DNA from: an uncultured Spirochaetaceae bacterium
Lineage (GTDB): Bacteria; Myxococcota_A; UBA9160; UBA4427
DNA length: 32,258 bases
Reading direction: 5' to 3'
Assembly (NCBI GenBank): GCA_964519695.1
Contig: CAZFKD010000001.1
Location: forward strand, 1-32,258
Part shown: positions 16,144 through 25,196 of the stretch, piece after piece
Layout: each line of letters starts with the position of its first letter
Position numbering within the stretch: position 1 is the first letter of the stretch
Made by a program: the position numbers and the translations under genes
The notes under the pieces: generated by a model
The model's input: only the letters and a program-made list of their open reading frames with translations
Database searches by the model: none
What the model was told of the DNA's origin: nothing

Positions 16144-16929
16144 TCAGTCGGCCCGGGCGCGCGAGCCGGTCCTCCTCGAACCGAGGTAGGCGCGGCGCGC
16201 AGCGGCGCATTCTTCGTCGGCGAAAGCCGTGACGAGACCGTCCGCGTCGGACCACGAGCGCATCGTTCCGACCATCTGGTCCGTCACAGCGTTGACGTGG
16301 CGCTTGGTCGAGAAGAGCGCGTGCGAAGCCTTCCTCGCGAGCGCGGCGGCGAGCGAGTCGACCTCCGCATCGAGCCGATCCTCGGGCACCACGCGGTTCA
16401 GGAATCCGGCTGCGCGCGCTTCTTCCGCATCGAAGGGCCGGCAGGTCAGCACGAGCTCCTTCGTCCGCGCGGGACCGAGCTCGCGCACGAGCCGCGGGAT
16501 CCCGCCCCAGGCGAGCGGAATTCCGAGATCGACCTCCGGAATGGAGAAGCGCGCCCCTTCGCTCGCGATGCGCAGATCGCAGGCCGACGCGAGCACGAGC
16601 CCGCCTCCGACACACCAGCCCCGGATCGCGGCGATCGTGATCGCCCGCATCGATTCGAGCGCATCGGCCATCGCGCGCCCGAGCTCGGCGACCTCCCGCG
16701 TCGTGCGTCCCGGCGTCGCGGCGAAGCTCGCGAGATCGGCGCCGCTCGAGAAGCTCTCTCCGCTGCCGCGCACGACGACGACCTTGAGCCCGCGCGCCTC
16801 GTCGAAGCGCCGCGCTGCCGAGGCGATCGCCTCGAGCATCTCGACGGAGAGCGGATTGCGCTTCTCCGGCCGCTCGAGCCGAAGCTCGCCGATCGCCCCA
16901 TCGATGCGGACGCTCAGGGATCCGGTCAT
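16144..16929 (-). CDS. Enoyl-CoA hydratase/isomerase (crotonase) family protein
   Basis: L.RPEKRNPLS, VVVVRGSGESFSSGADL and AAIRGWCVGGGLVLASACDLRIA (oxyanion-hole segments). ATG at 16929, preceded by a ggaggaggag Shine-Dalgarno sequence. The longer track ORF (to 17178) is an upstream extension. Confidence 0.85.
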   Translation of the reverse strand: MTGSLSVRIDGAIGELRLERPEKRNPLSVEMLEAIASAARRFDEARGLKVVVVRGSGESFSSGADLASFAATPGRTTREVAELGRAMADALESMRAITIAAIRGWCVGGGLVLASACDLRIASEGARFSIPEVDLGIPLAWGGIPRLVRELGPARTKELVLTCRPFDAEEARAAGFLNRVVPEDRLDAEVDSLAAALARKASHALFSTKRHVNAVTDQMVGTMRSWSDADGLVTAFADEECAAARRAYLGSRRTGSRARAD

Positions 16930-17036
16930 CGCTCCTCCTCCGCTCACTGGCTCGACCTGCCGCGGACGCCCCGCGCCGGTCGGGCCGGCCTCGCCCCGAT
17001 CTCCGCCCTGGCGAAGCGCCGAGCGCTCGCGCTGCT

Positions 17037-17876
17037 TCAGCCCGCGATCTCCCGCTCGACGCGGGGGGCATGGTGGGCGATCAGGGGCGCGTCGTCGATC
17101 TCGTCGGGATGATGATCGCGGCCGAACCAGGCCCGATAGGCGGGGGCCGTCCCGCGCAGCAGCCCCGCCTCGCCCCACAGAAATCGCATCCCGTTCGCCC
17201 AGATCCGCCGATCGAAGAAGCGTCCGTCCCTCGCGAGCATGTAGCTCGTGCGCATCGCCGTCTCGAGCGTCAAGAAGAACGACGCGAGCATCATCGCGAC
17301 GACGCGGAGCGTTCGGCTCGGCGCGACCCGCTGCAGGACGTCGTAGGCGACGGATTTGTGCTCCGCCTCCTCGAGCGCATGCCAGCGCCAGAGCGGCGCC
17401 ATGACGGGATGCATCGCGGCCGTCCGGCGGGCATCGTCCTCGAGCAGCTGGCGGGCGAGGATCGCGGTCAGATGCTCGAGCGCGGCGGTGATCGCGAGGG
17501 AGAGCTTCGGGGCCCGGCGATTCTGCAGGCGAAGCATACGGTCGACAAAGCGGTTTCGCCGGCCCAGCAGCGCATAGCCCTGCGCGAGCAGGAGCTGGAG
17601 ATGTTCGTCGTGGAGGCGGCTGTGTTGCCCCTCCTGGCCGGCGAAGCCGCGGATCCGACCGAGGAGCACCGGATCGTCGATGCGTTCGCGGTAGCGAAGG
17701 ACCGAGCGGACGAAGAAGGCCTCGCCGAAGGGGAACGTCGAAGAGAGCGCATCGAGGAAATGGGTCGCGAAGGGATCGCCGCCGTACCAGTCTCGCGGCA
17801 ACCGCGGCGCGTCCGCCGCGTCGGGCGGGATCGCCAAGGAGAGCTCCGGACGGCGTATCAGAATGGCGCTTTGCAT
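17037..17876 (-). CDS. Predicted metal-dependent hydrolase (PF10118-like)
   Basis: DPFATHFLDALSSTFPFGEAFFVRSV, FAGQEGQHSRLH and WHALEEAEHKSVAYDV are His/Glu metal-ligand-like motifs typical of that family. Confidence 0.7.
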   Translation of the reverse strand: MQSAILIRRPELSLAIPPDAADAPRLPRDWYGGDPFATHFLDALSSTFPFGEAFFVRSVLRYRERIDDPVLLGRIRGFAGQEGQHSRLHDEHLQLLLAQGYALLGRRNRFVDRMLRLQNRRAPKLSLAITAALEHLTAILARQLLEDDARRTAAMHPVMAPLWRWHALEEAEHKSVAYDVLQRVAPSRTLRVVAMMLASFFLTLETAMRTSYMLARDGRFFDRRIWANGMRFLWGEAGLLRGTAPAYRAWFGRDHHPDEIDDAPLIAHHAPRVEREIAG

Positions 17877-17910
17877 CTGGCCGGCCAGCTTAGCGGATGG
17901 GCGACGACCC

Positions 17911-18993
17911 TCAGCGCCCCTTGACCGACTCCGCGATCACCTGCCGCAGCCGATCGGGATCGACGGGCTTCTTGAAGATCACGCCTTCGAGGCCTTCCAT
18001 GCGGCTGCGCTTGATGATGTGGTCCTTGTCGTAGTGGAAGGCGGTCATCATCAGGACGGGCGTGTTCGGATAGCTCTCGCGCACCTGCAGGTAGAGCTCG
18101 TAGCCGTCCATCTTCGGCATGACGACGTCGGAGAGCACGAGATCGAAGGGCTTGGCCGCGAGCATCGCGAGCGCCTGCTCCCCGTCGTTCGCGACCTCGA
18201 CGCGGCAGCCGTCCGTCTCGAGCATCTCGGCGAGCGTCCGCCCGATGCCGGGATCGTCGTCGGCGACGAGGATGTTCAGACCGCGCAGGCGCGGATCCGG
18301 GACGTGGCGCCGGCGCTCGCGGCTGCGGAGGTCGACCATGCGCGCGGGGCCGACGTAATGGATCGTCTCGTAGCTATCCGTCGCCACCATCTCGCCGAGC
18401 CGCTCGACGATCTCGCTGATGCGCGCGACCTCGCGGCGGATCGCGTCGAGCCGCTCGTTCTCGACCGAGCAGTCGCCTTCGCCGGCGAGCCGCCCGATCT
18501 CGTCCTCGAGCAGCGTCGCCTGATTCACGATCACCGCGAGCGGGTTGTTGATCTCGTGGGCGAGACCGATCGCGACCTCGCCGAGCGTCGCGAGCTTGTC
18601 CTTGCGGCGGATCTCGCGCAGATCCTTCGCATAACCGATCGTCCCGCTCTCGCGCCCGTCGTCGTCGTAGAGGATCGTGCCGGAGATCGCGACGGGGATG
18701 TGCTCGCCCGAGCGCGCGACGAAGGTCGTCTCGAGCGCGTTGACCCGGGATTTTCCGCCGTACTCAGGACTCCGCATCGCGCCGCCGACCCGGCGCGCTT
18801 CGTCGATGGTCGGATAGAAGAGCCCCACGAATTCGCCGAGCACCTCGCCGGATTCGTAGCCGAGGGTGTCGTGGGCTCCGTCGTTGAAGTAGACGACCCG
18901 GCCCTTGTGGTCGGTGGCGATGACGATGTCGGGCGAGTGATTCGTGAGTCGCTCGAGCTGGTCTTTGGTGAGGCCCATCTTGGGGAGGCTCAT
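17911..18993 (-). CDS. PAS - HisKA(DHp) - receiver hybrid protein with no HATPase_c catalytic domain
   Basis: PAS segment: SPDIVIATDHKGRVVYFNDGAHDTLGY. H-box: GLAHEINNPLAVI. About 35 aa after the second DHp helix a complete receiver begins: ILVADDD, DLVLSDVVMPKMDG, MMTA, KKP. No N, G1 or G2 boxes anywhere. Strong SD (ggagaggagag) before the ATG at 18993. Confidence 0.85.
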   Translation of the reverse strand: MSLPKMGLTKDQLERLTNHSPDIVIATDHKGRVVYFNDGAHDTLGYESGEVLGEFVGLFYPTIDEARRVGGAMRSPEYGGKSRVNALETTFVARSGEHIPVAISGTILYDDDGRESGTIGYAKDLREIRRKDKLATLGEVAIGLAHEINNPLAVIVNQATLLEDEIGRLAGEGDCSVENERLDAIRREVARISEIVERLGEMVATDSYETIHYVGPARMVDLRSRERRRHVPDPRLRGLNILVADDDPGIGRTLAEMLETDGCRVEVANDGEQALAMLAAKPFDLVLSDVVMPKMDGYELYLQVRESYPNTPVLMMTAFHYDKDHIIKRSRMEGLEGVIFKKPVDPDRLRQVIAESVKGR

Positions 18994-19141
18994 CGGTCGG
19001 CTCTCCTCTCCACAGCTGACGAGGACGTCCCAACTGCCGCTGAAGCCCGAACTCCCGAGGCGGTCCAGGCGCGCTCGGCCTCGGCGCCTCGCCAGCGAGT
19101 GGACGCCCGGCGGTGGCGTACGGAGCTGCCGCCGGACGACG

Positions 19142-20077
19142 TCATGCGATGCCGTGCTCGCCGAGCCAGCGCTCCGCGTCGATTGCCGCCATGCAGCCCG
19201 TTCCGGCCGCGGTCACGGCCTGGCGATAGGTCGGATCCGCGACGTCGCCGCAGGCGAATACGCCCTCGACCGAGGTCCGCGTCGTGCCCGGAGCGACCCG
19301 GACATAACCCGCCGGATCGAGCTCGAGCTGCTGGCCGAAGAGCGCCGTATTCGGTTGATGGCCGATCGCGATGAATACGGCGTCGAGCGGGATCTCCCGC
19401 TTCGATTCGTCGCGCACGTCGCGCAGGCGGACGCCCGTCACGAACTCGTCGCCGAGCACCTCGTCGACCGCCGAGTGCCAGGCGACCTCGATCTTCGGGT
19501 TCGCGAGCAGGCGCTCCTGCATGATCTTGGAAGCGCGCAGCTCGCCCCGGCGGTGGACCAGCGTCACCTGCGTCGCGAAGCGCGCCAGGAAGAGCGCCTC
19601 TTCCATCGCGGTGTCACCTCCGCCGACGACCGCCATCGGCTTGCCGCGGAAGAGCGCGCCGTCGCAGGTCGCGCAGGCCGAGACGCCCTTGTTCGTGAGC
19701 CGCTTCTCCGAGTCGAGCCCGAGCCAGCGCGCGGAGGCGCCCGACGCGACGATGATCGCGTCGGCGGTGTAGCGCTTGCTCTCGGTCTCGACGACGAAGG
19801 GCCGCTGCGAGAAGTCGACGTGGGTCGCGTCCTGGAAGACGATCACAGTCCCGAAACGCTCGGCCTGCTTCTGGAAGTCTTCCATCATGCGGGGGCCGGT
19901 GATGCCGTCGGGGTAGCCCGGGTAGTTCTCGACCTCGGTCGTGATCATCAGCTGGCCGCCGAAATTGAGGCCCGCCAGCACGAGCGGCTCGAGTCCGGCA
20001 CGCGCGGTATAGATCGCCGCCGTGTAGCCGGCGGGGCCGCTGCCGATGATGAGCACTCGGCGGTGCTCGGAGTCCAT
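19142..20077 (-). CDS. trxB: Thioredoxin-disulfide reductase
   Basis: VLIIGSGPAGYTAAIYTARA, redox-active CATCDG, VVGGGDTAMEEA and GVFACGDV; 311 aa. Confidence 0.95.
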   Translation of the reverse strand: MDSEHRRVLIIGSGPAGYTAAIYTARAGLEPLVLAGLNFGGQLMITTEVENYPGYPDGITGPRMMEDFQKQAERFGTVIVFQDATHVDFSQRPFVVETESKRYTADAIIVASGASARWLGLDSEKRLTNKGVSACATCDGALFRGKPMAVVGGGDTAMEEALFLARFATQVTLVHRRGELRASKIMQERLLANPKIEVAWHSAVDEVLGDEFVTGVRLRDVRDESKREIPLDAVFIAIGHQPNTALFGQQLELDPAGYVRVAPGTTRTSVEGVFACGDVADPTYRQAVTAAGTGCMAAIDAERWLGEHGIA

Positions 20078-20188
20078 GGTCGTTCCTTTCGGTCGGATCT
20101 CGCGATCGGGAGGGGAGCGCGGCCGAAGTCTAAGGTCGACGACGGGGGCTCGCCAATCGACGCAGCGCCCCGATCGGCCCGTGATGGC

Positions 20189-21877
20189 TCAGAGCGGCTC
20201 GGTGATCGGCAGCTCCTCCCACATCAGCTGGAGGAAGATCCCGATGAAGAAGGAGAGGAAGGTCATCAGCAGCAGCGCCGAGGGGAAGACCCAGAGCGAT
20301 TCGTAGCCGACGACGTGGGGGAGCTGCCCGATCATCGGCGGCATCGTCGTCTTCAGGGCTTCGACCGACGTCCCGGCACCTTCGGGCACCCAGTTGCGCG
20401 CGACCATGAAGGGGCCGACCAGGCTCGTCATCACGATCCCCGCCCCGAAGGCCTCGACGACGCCCAGCAGGAAGATCGTCCGGGCCCGGGCGAAAGCGAC
20501 GGCCGTATCCGGGATGCGATGGGCGATCTCGACGTAGACGTAGAGCAGGGTCACGAGCCCGAGCAGCATCGTCACCGCACTCAGCGCGAAAGTCGAATGG
20601 CTGGCGAGGTCCCAGACCTCGTCGATCAGGAAGACGGGCAGGTAGCCGACGATGATGCCCGCCCCGATCCGGGGAATCGAGGAATGGAAGAAGGACAGAT
20701 CGCGCTTCCAGCAGAACTTGTAGAGCAGGAACCAGAGCGCCGAGAGGTTGACGAAGACGACCTCGGCCGAACAGACCAGATCGATCCAGCGGGGATGGCG
20801 CTCGTAGACGAAGCTCCCGACGATGAAGGGCGCGAGCAGGGCGGCGAGGGTGAACGCGTGGATGCGCGGCGTGTGCCAGGTCAGGGGGCGATTCGTCGAT
20901 GCGCGCCCCCGCCCGAGCGCCGCCGAATAGTTGATGATCGCCGAGGCGTTGCGGATGTCGTAGGCGCGCAGGAACCAGCGTTCGAGCTTGTCGAAGATGC
21001 GCTTCGTGTTCCGATCCGAGCGGCGGAGAAAGGGCATCAGGTCGCGTCCGCGCTCGATGCGCGTCGCCCCCCGCACGGCGATGGCGCCGATCATCTCGCT
21101 CTCCCGGTCCCGGAAGGGCGAATCCTCCTTCTCGAAGGCCTGGTTCTCCTCGTCGAGGCAGACGCCCTCGACCCAGAGGTAGAACGCCCGCTCCGCCATC
21201 CGCAGGATCATGCGGTCGGCCGCCGCCTTCTCGCCCGTCTCGAGGACCTGGAAGAAGCCGCTCTCGGTCGGATCGTCGCTGGAGTCGACGAGCTTCTCGC
21301 TGCCCTCGACGTAGCGCTGCAGGTATCCGGGATCCACCCGGCCGGTGACGAGCTCGCGCAGCGATTCGTAGATCCGGCGGCGCAGCGCGAAGCCCGCCAG
21401 ACGCAGCGGTCGGCCTCCGTCGAGGTCGTGGGTCTCGATGAATCGCAGACAGATCTGGGAGAGCAGCGCGAGATCCTGATGGAACCGCAGTCGCTGGGCG
21501 TCTCCGAGCCGGCTGCCGCCATCGGTCTGCCGGAAAAGCTCCTCGAAATAGCGCGGTGCGTTCGAGAGCAGGCGCACCAGCAGGTTGCGCGCGTCCCGCG
21601 CCGTCGTCCGCGGGCCGAGCAGGCGCGGCTTCGAGAGCAGGTCCTCGAGCTGGAGGAACAGCTCGGTCGGATCGTGCTCGGGCGCGCGGAAGCTGAACGT
21701 CTCGGGGAAGATGCGCTCGAACTCGCCGCTCCCGCGCGCGATCTCGAAGCGGACCTCCCGGGCGTGGAACGCGAACGTGAAGCGGAGTCGCAGTTGGAGG
21801 CGCTCGACGCGGAGCTCGAGACGGGGCAGGCCACGGACGGTCGGGAGTGTGGGCTCCGACGGGGCCTTCGCCTCCAT
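20189..21877 (-). CDS. Uncharacterised membrane protein: roughly 330-aa soluble N-terminal domain plus about 6 predicted TM helices
   Basis: Good GC3 codon bias. Hydrophobic segments: IHAFTLAALLAPFIVGSFVY, VVFVNLSALWFLLYKF, IGAGIIVGYLPVFLI, FALSAVTMLLGLVTLLYVYV, IFLLGVVEAFGAGIVMTSLVGPF, LWVFPSALLLMTFLSFFIGIFL. I recognise no family motif. The ATG (21877-21875) directly abuts the TAG stop of the upstream REC-PAS gene. Confidence 0.75.
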   Translation of the reverse strand: MEAKAPSEPTLPTVRGLPRLELRVERLQLRLRFTFAFHAREVRFEIARGSGEFERIFPETFSFRAPEHDPTELFLQLEDLLSKPRLLGPRTTARDARNLLVRLLSNAPRYFEELFRQTDGGSRLGDAQRLRFHQDLALLSQICLRFIETHDLDGGRPLRLAGFALRRRIYESLRELVTGRVDPGYLQRYVEGSEKLVDSSDDPTESGFFQVLETGEKAAADRMILRMAERAFYLWVEGVCLDEENQAFEKEDSPFRDRESEMIGAIAVRGATRIERGRDLMPFLRRSDRNTKRIFDKLERWFLRAYDIRNASAIINYSAALGRGRASTNRPLTWHTPRIHAFTLAALLAPFIVGSFVYERHPRWIDLVCSAEVVFVNLSALWFLLYKFCWKRDLSFFHSSIPRIGAGIIVGYLPVFLIDEVWDLASHSTFALSAVTMLLGLVTLLYVYVEIAHRIPDTAVAFARARTIFLLGVVEAFGAGIVMTSLVGPFMVARNWVPEGAGTSVEALKTTMPPMIGQLPHVVGYESLWVFPSALLLMTFLSFFIGIFLQLMWEELPITEPL

Positions 21878-23077
21878 CTAGAGGATCCGATCCCGCGAAT
21901 TCTCGCCGCTCTCGTAGTAGTCCTCGACCTTGCGGGCCAGGCGCGCGATGCCCTTCGGCGGGGCGTCGGAATGCGGCCAGCGCTGCGAAGCGATCTTCAT
22001 CCGGTCGCGCAGCAGCTGGGCGTCGGGATACTCCTCGACCGAGAGGGTGTCGTCGACGTCGAGCCACTTCGCGATCGCGGTGCGCGTGCGCGAGACGCGT
22101 TCGGCGAGCTCCGTCATGTTGGCGGATTCGATGCGCGCCGCCTTGACCCGCTCGCCGAGCGCCGTCAGCGCCGCGAGCGCGTTCTCGAGCTCGCTTCGGA
22201 GCGCGCCGACCGCATCCGAGTCGAAGGCCGAGAGATTCCCCACGATCGCCTCGAAGTCGCGCGTCAGGGGCTCGTGGGAGATTTCCTTGAAGAGCACCAC
22301 CCGCCCCATCGGCTGCCCCGCGTCGTCGACGAGCGCCTGGTTCGAGACCCGGATGCGATGACCAGCGCCGACGCGCAGATCGACCTCTTCGAAGGAGCCG
22401 CCCGCCTCCTCGGCCAGCGCGCGCACCGTCCGGCCGAGGTCCGTCAGATGATTGCGCGCGAGCACGGACTCGATCGAGCGGCCGAGAACGTCTTCGTCGA
22501 GGCCGATGAAGGCCGTCGCCGGTTTGTTCACCGCCCGCACGATGCCGTCGCGATCGAGCGCGATCGCGCCGGTCCGCAGCCGGTCCATCACGGCGCCGAG
22601 GAAGAAGTTCGCATGCCGCAAGTCCTCGACGAGGCGCCGGTTCTCGAGGGTGAGCCGGTGCAGCTCGACCGCCCTGCGGACCATCGACTTCAGCTCGTCG
22701 GGCTCCCAGGGCTTGTTGACGTAGCCGTAGATGTGGCCGTCGTTGATGGCCTTGATCGTCGCTTCCGAATCGGCGAAGCCGGTCAGGATGATCCGCACCG
22801 TCTCCGGGAAGCGCTCGTAGACGCGCTTCAGGAGCTCGACCCCGGTCATGCCGGGCATGCGCTGATCCGTGATGACGACGGCGACGGGCTGGTTCGCCTC
22901 GAGCAGCGCCATCGCCGCCTGCGGATCCGGCGTCGTCAGGACTTCGTAGTCGTCCATGAACGTGAACGTCAACGTCTCGAGGATGGCCTCCTCGTCGTCG
23001 ACGATCAGGATCTTCGGATTCGCATTCACACTCAAAATCGCGTCGCCTCGATCAGCTTCGAGCCATCCCGATTCCAC
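21878..23077 (-). CDS. Response-regulator receiver - PAS - DHp-like helical C-terminal domain protein, with no DNA-binding or ATPase output domain
   Basis: Receiver: ILIVDDEEA, VVITDQRMPGMTG, ILTG, NKPW. PAS: GAIALDRDGIVRAVNKPATAFIG. Then FKEISHEPLTRDFEAIVGNL, resembling a degenerate H-box, followed by coiled-coil-like sequence. The start is ambiguous: GTG at 23077 overlaps gshA by 46 nt, while the in-frame GTG at 23029 lies 2 nt after the gshA stop. Confidence 0.85.
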   Translation of the reverse strand: MESGWLEADRGDAILSVNANPKILIVDDEEAILETLTFTFMDDYEVLTTPDPQAAMALLEANQPVAVVITDQRMPGMTGVELLKRVYERFPETVRIILTGFADSEATIKAINDGHIYGYVNKPWEPDELKSMVRRAVELHRLTLENRRLVEDLRHANFFLGAVMDRLRTGAIALDRDGIVRAVNKPATAFIGLDEDVLGRSIESVLARNHLTDLGRTVRALAEEAGGSFEEVDLRVGAGHRIRVSNQALVDDAGQPMGRVVLFKEISHEPLTRDFEAIVGNLSAFDSDAVGALRSELENALAALTALGERVKAARIESANMTELAERVSRTRTAIAKWLDVDDTLSVEEYPDAQLLRDRMKIASQRWPHSDAPPKGIARLARKVEDYYESGENSRDRIL

Positions 23078-24381
23078 TCTCCGCGCCAGCGCTCGAGGAT
23101 CTCTTCTCCCGGGCTGATACCCTTCGCGATCTGCTCCCGGAGCGGATCGAGCAGCGGCGACTCGTCCGTCGGCGCATGCGCCTCCGCCGCGATCCGGCGC
23201 AACCCCTCGGCCGCGCAGGCGACGAGTTCTCGGGCGAGATCGACGACCTTGCTCCCGCCCATCTCCGCCCGCAGCCCGCGCTTCGCGACGTCGAGCTGGC
23301 CTGCATCGAGCTCGGCGACGGAGGTGCGCGCGAAGAGCTCCAAGGCGGCGGCGAGCGCGCCTGCATCGTAGTACAGCCCCTTCCAGAGCGGCGCGAGGGC
23401 GCAGAGATGACCGAACGACGCAGTGTCCGCACCGCGGACCTCGACGATCCGCTTGAGCCGGACGTCGGGGAACAGCGTCGTCAGATGGGTCTCCCAGTCG
23501 GCCATCGTCGCGCGAAGACCGCGGAATCCGCGCTCCATGAACTCGCGGAACGTCGTGCCGTCGCCGGGCTCGTAATGTTTTCCACGCACGACGAAGAAGA
23601 GCGGCACGTCGAGCGCCCAGCGCGCATAACGCTCGTAACCGAAGTCCGGATCGAAGACGAAGGGAATCTGGCCGCAGCGATCCGGATCGGTGTCCCGCCA
23701 GATCATGAGACGCTTCGATACGAATCCGTTCTCGCGTCCTCCGGAGAGGCTCGAGTTCGCGTAGAGCGCGGACACGACCGGCATCGCCATCACGCCGAGG
23801 CGCATCTTCGCGATCATGTCCGCTTCGTCCGAGAAGTCATAGTTCGCCTGGACGGTCGCGGTCGAATGCATCATCTCGAGGCCGAGCCCGCCACGCGTCG
23901 GCAGATAGCTCCGCATCACCGCATAACGCCTCTTCGGCATCTGCGGGATCTGGCCGACCGAATGGAAGGGATCCATCCCGAGCGCGAGCCAGGCGATCCC
24001 GAATTCGCTCGAATGCCGTTTCACGAGCGCGAGATGATCCGCGAGCTCCGCCCGGGTCTCTTCGCTCGAGAAGAGGGGCGCGCCGGAGAGCTCGAACTGG
24101 CCCCCCGGCTCGAGCGTGATGCTGCCGCCCGAGTTCGCCTCGAGGGCGATCGTGAGACCCTGTTCGAGGACGGGTTCGAAGCCGCCCTCGGCGACGAGGC
24201 GATCGAAGAGCGCGGCGATGCCGTTCGGGCCTTCGAAGGGCACCCGGTCGCCCGTATCCGCGTAGACGCCGACCTTCTCGTGCTCGGTCCCGACCCGCCA
24301 GCGCTCGCGCGGCTTCTCCGCAGCGCGGAAATAGCCGACGAGGTCACCGAGCCCTTCGACGGGCTGGTCCTTCTGGTACAT
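23032..24381 (-). CDS. gshA: Glutamate-cysteine ligase, plant/proteobacterial GCS2 type
   Basis: RVGTEHEK.G, ITLEPGGQFELSG, MPKRRY..M..YLP..G, MM..T.TVQANYDF, and MADWE.HLTTLFP.VRLK...E.RGAD. ATG at 24381, preceded by a ggaaggag SD. Confidence 0.85.
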   Translation of the reverse strand: MYQKDQPVEGLGDLVGYFRAAEKPRERWRVGTEHEKVGVYADTGDRVPFEGPNGIAALFDRLVAEGGFEPVLEQGLTIALEANSGGSITLEPGGQFELSGAPLFSSEETRAELADHLALVKRHSSEFGIAWLALGMDPFHSVGQIPQMPKRRYAVMRSYLPTRGGLGLEMMHSTATVQANYDFSDEADMIAKMRLGVMAMPVVSALYANSSLSGGRENGFVSKRLMIWRDTDPDRCGQIPFVFDPDFGYERYARWALDVPLFFVVRGKHYEPGDGTTFREFMERGFRGLRATMADWETHLTTLFPDVRLKRIVEVRGADTASFGHLCALAPLWKGLYYDAGALAAALELFARTSVAELDAGQLDVAKRGLRAEMGGSKVVDLARELVACAAEGLRRIAAEAHAPTDESPLLDPLREQIAKGISPGEEILERWRGEWNRDGSKLIEATRF

Positions 24382-24418
24382 GCGGACGGCTCCTTCCGGG
24401 GCGGGGCGCGCGGGGCGC

Positions 24419-25084
24419 TCAATCGTAGAGATCCGCATGCAGAAAGGGAACGAGCGCGCAGAGGATCGCCTGCGCTCCATAGGCGCTCCGGTCGAGCCGG
24501 CCCTGGGTCAGCTGCCCGATATTGCCGCCCCGGCGGCCACCGGGGCCATCGGCCTCGGCCGGGCCGGCCGGCGGGCTTCCGCCCGCCCCCCGCTCGGCCC
24601 GCCAGAGGGCGTCGAAGAGGGCGCCGATCTGCTCGCGGTCGCGAAAGGCCCGCCCGAGGCAGGCCGTCGGATACGCAAAGCCCGAAGAGAAGCCCGTCCC
24701 CTCGCGCTCCCCGTCGCAGACCCAGGCGCAGCCGATGTTGAAGACCGGAGGGCGTCCCCGGCTGCCCGGACGCGCGGCACCCCCCTCGCCGGGCTCGCCG
24801 GGCAGCGGAAGCTCGATGAGACCGTCTTCGATGCCCAGGGCGAGGACGCAGGGCCCCGAGACCAGCGCGGCCCGAGCGCGGTTCCGGGCGCCCGCCATGA
24901 TCTCGAGCCAGCCGACCGGCTGCTCGGGAACGCCGCTCGCGACCGAGATCCCCTCGAGCGAGAGCCGCTCCGGCCGATCCGCGAACGCCGCGAGGGCCGC
25001 CCGAACCGCGCCGAGCTTGGCCGGATTTTCGGTCCCCACCCGCACGGGCTCCCCCAGCAGGGCGCGCGCGAGCGAGGGCGCCAT
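24419..25084 (-). CDS. yjjX: Inosine/xanthosine triphosphatase, YjjX (DUF84) family, with a Gly/Pro-rich internal insertion
   Basis: VGTENPAKLGAVRAA, SGVPEQPVG..E...GARNRA and Y.QA.L.AL.PF match the E. coli YjjX pattern NPAK / ESGVPEQPFG / GARNR. Confidence 0.7.
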   Translation of the reverse strand: MAPSLARALLGEPVRVGTENPAKLGAVRAALAAFADRPERLSLEGISVASGVPEQPVGWLEIMAGARNRARAALVSGPCVLALGIEDGLIELPLPGEPGEGGAARPGSRGRPPVFNIGCAWVCDGEREGTGFSSGFAYPTACLGRAFRDREQIGALFDALWRAERGAGGSPPAGPAEADGPGGRRGGNIGQLTQGRLDRSAYGAQAILCALVPFLHADLYD

Positions 25085-25196
25085 CCGAAAATCGCCGGGG
25101 GTCTCCGTCTGGGGGCTCGCATCGCCCGTCCCGTCGACCCGGTCGCGGGGGTCGCCCGCGAACGCGCCGGAAGGATCGGATCGGGATGCCAGGGGG

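Noticed and set aside
18944-23371. 1475-aa plus-strand ORF, the longest in the track
   Set aside because: It runs antisense to trxB, the 6-TM protein, the REC-PAS gene and part of gshA. All of those have clear motifs and proper GC3 bias. The translation is Arg/Asp/Glu/Ala-rich low complexity with no motifs. This is a typical shadow ORF of a high-GC genome.
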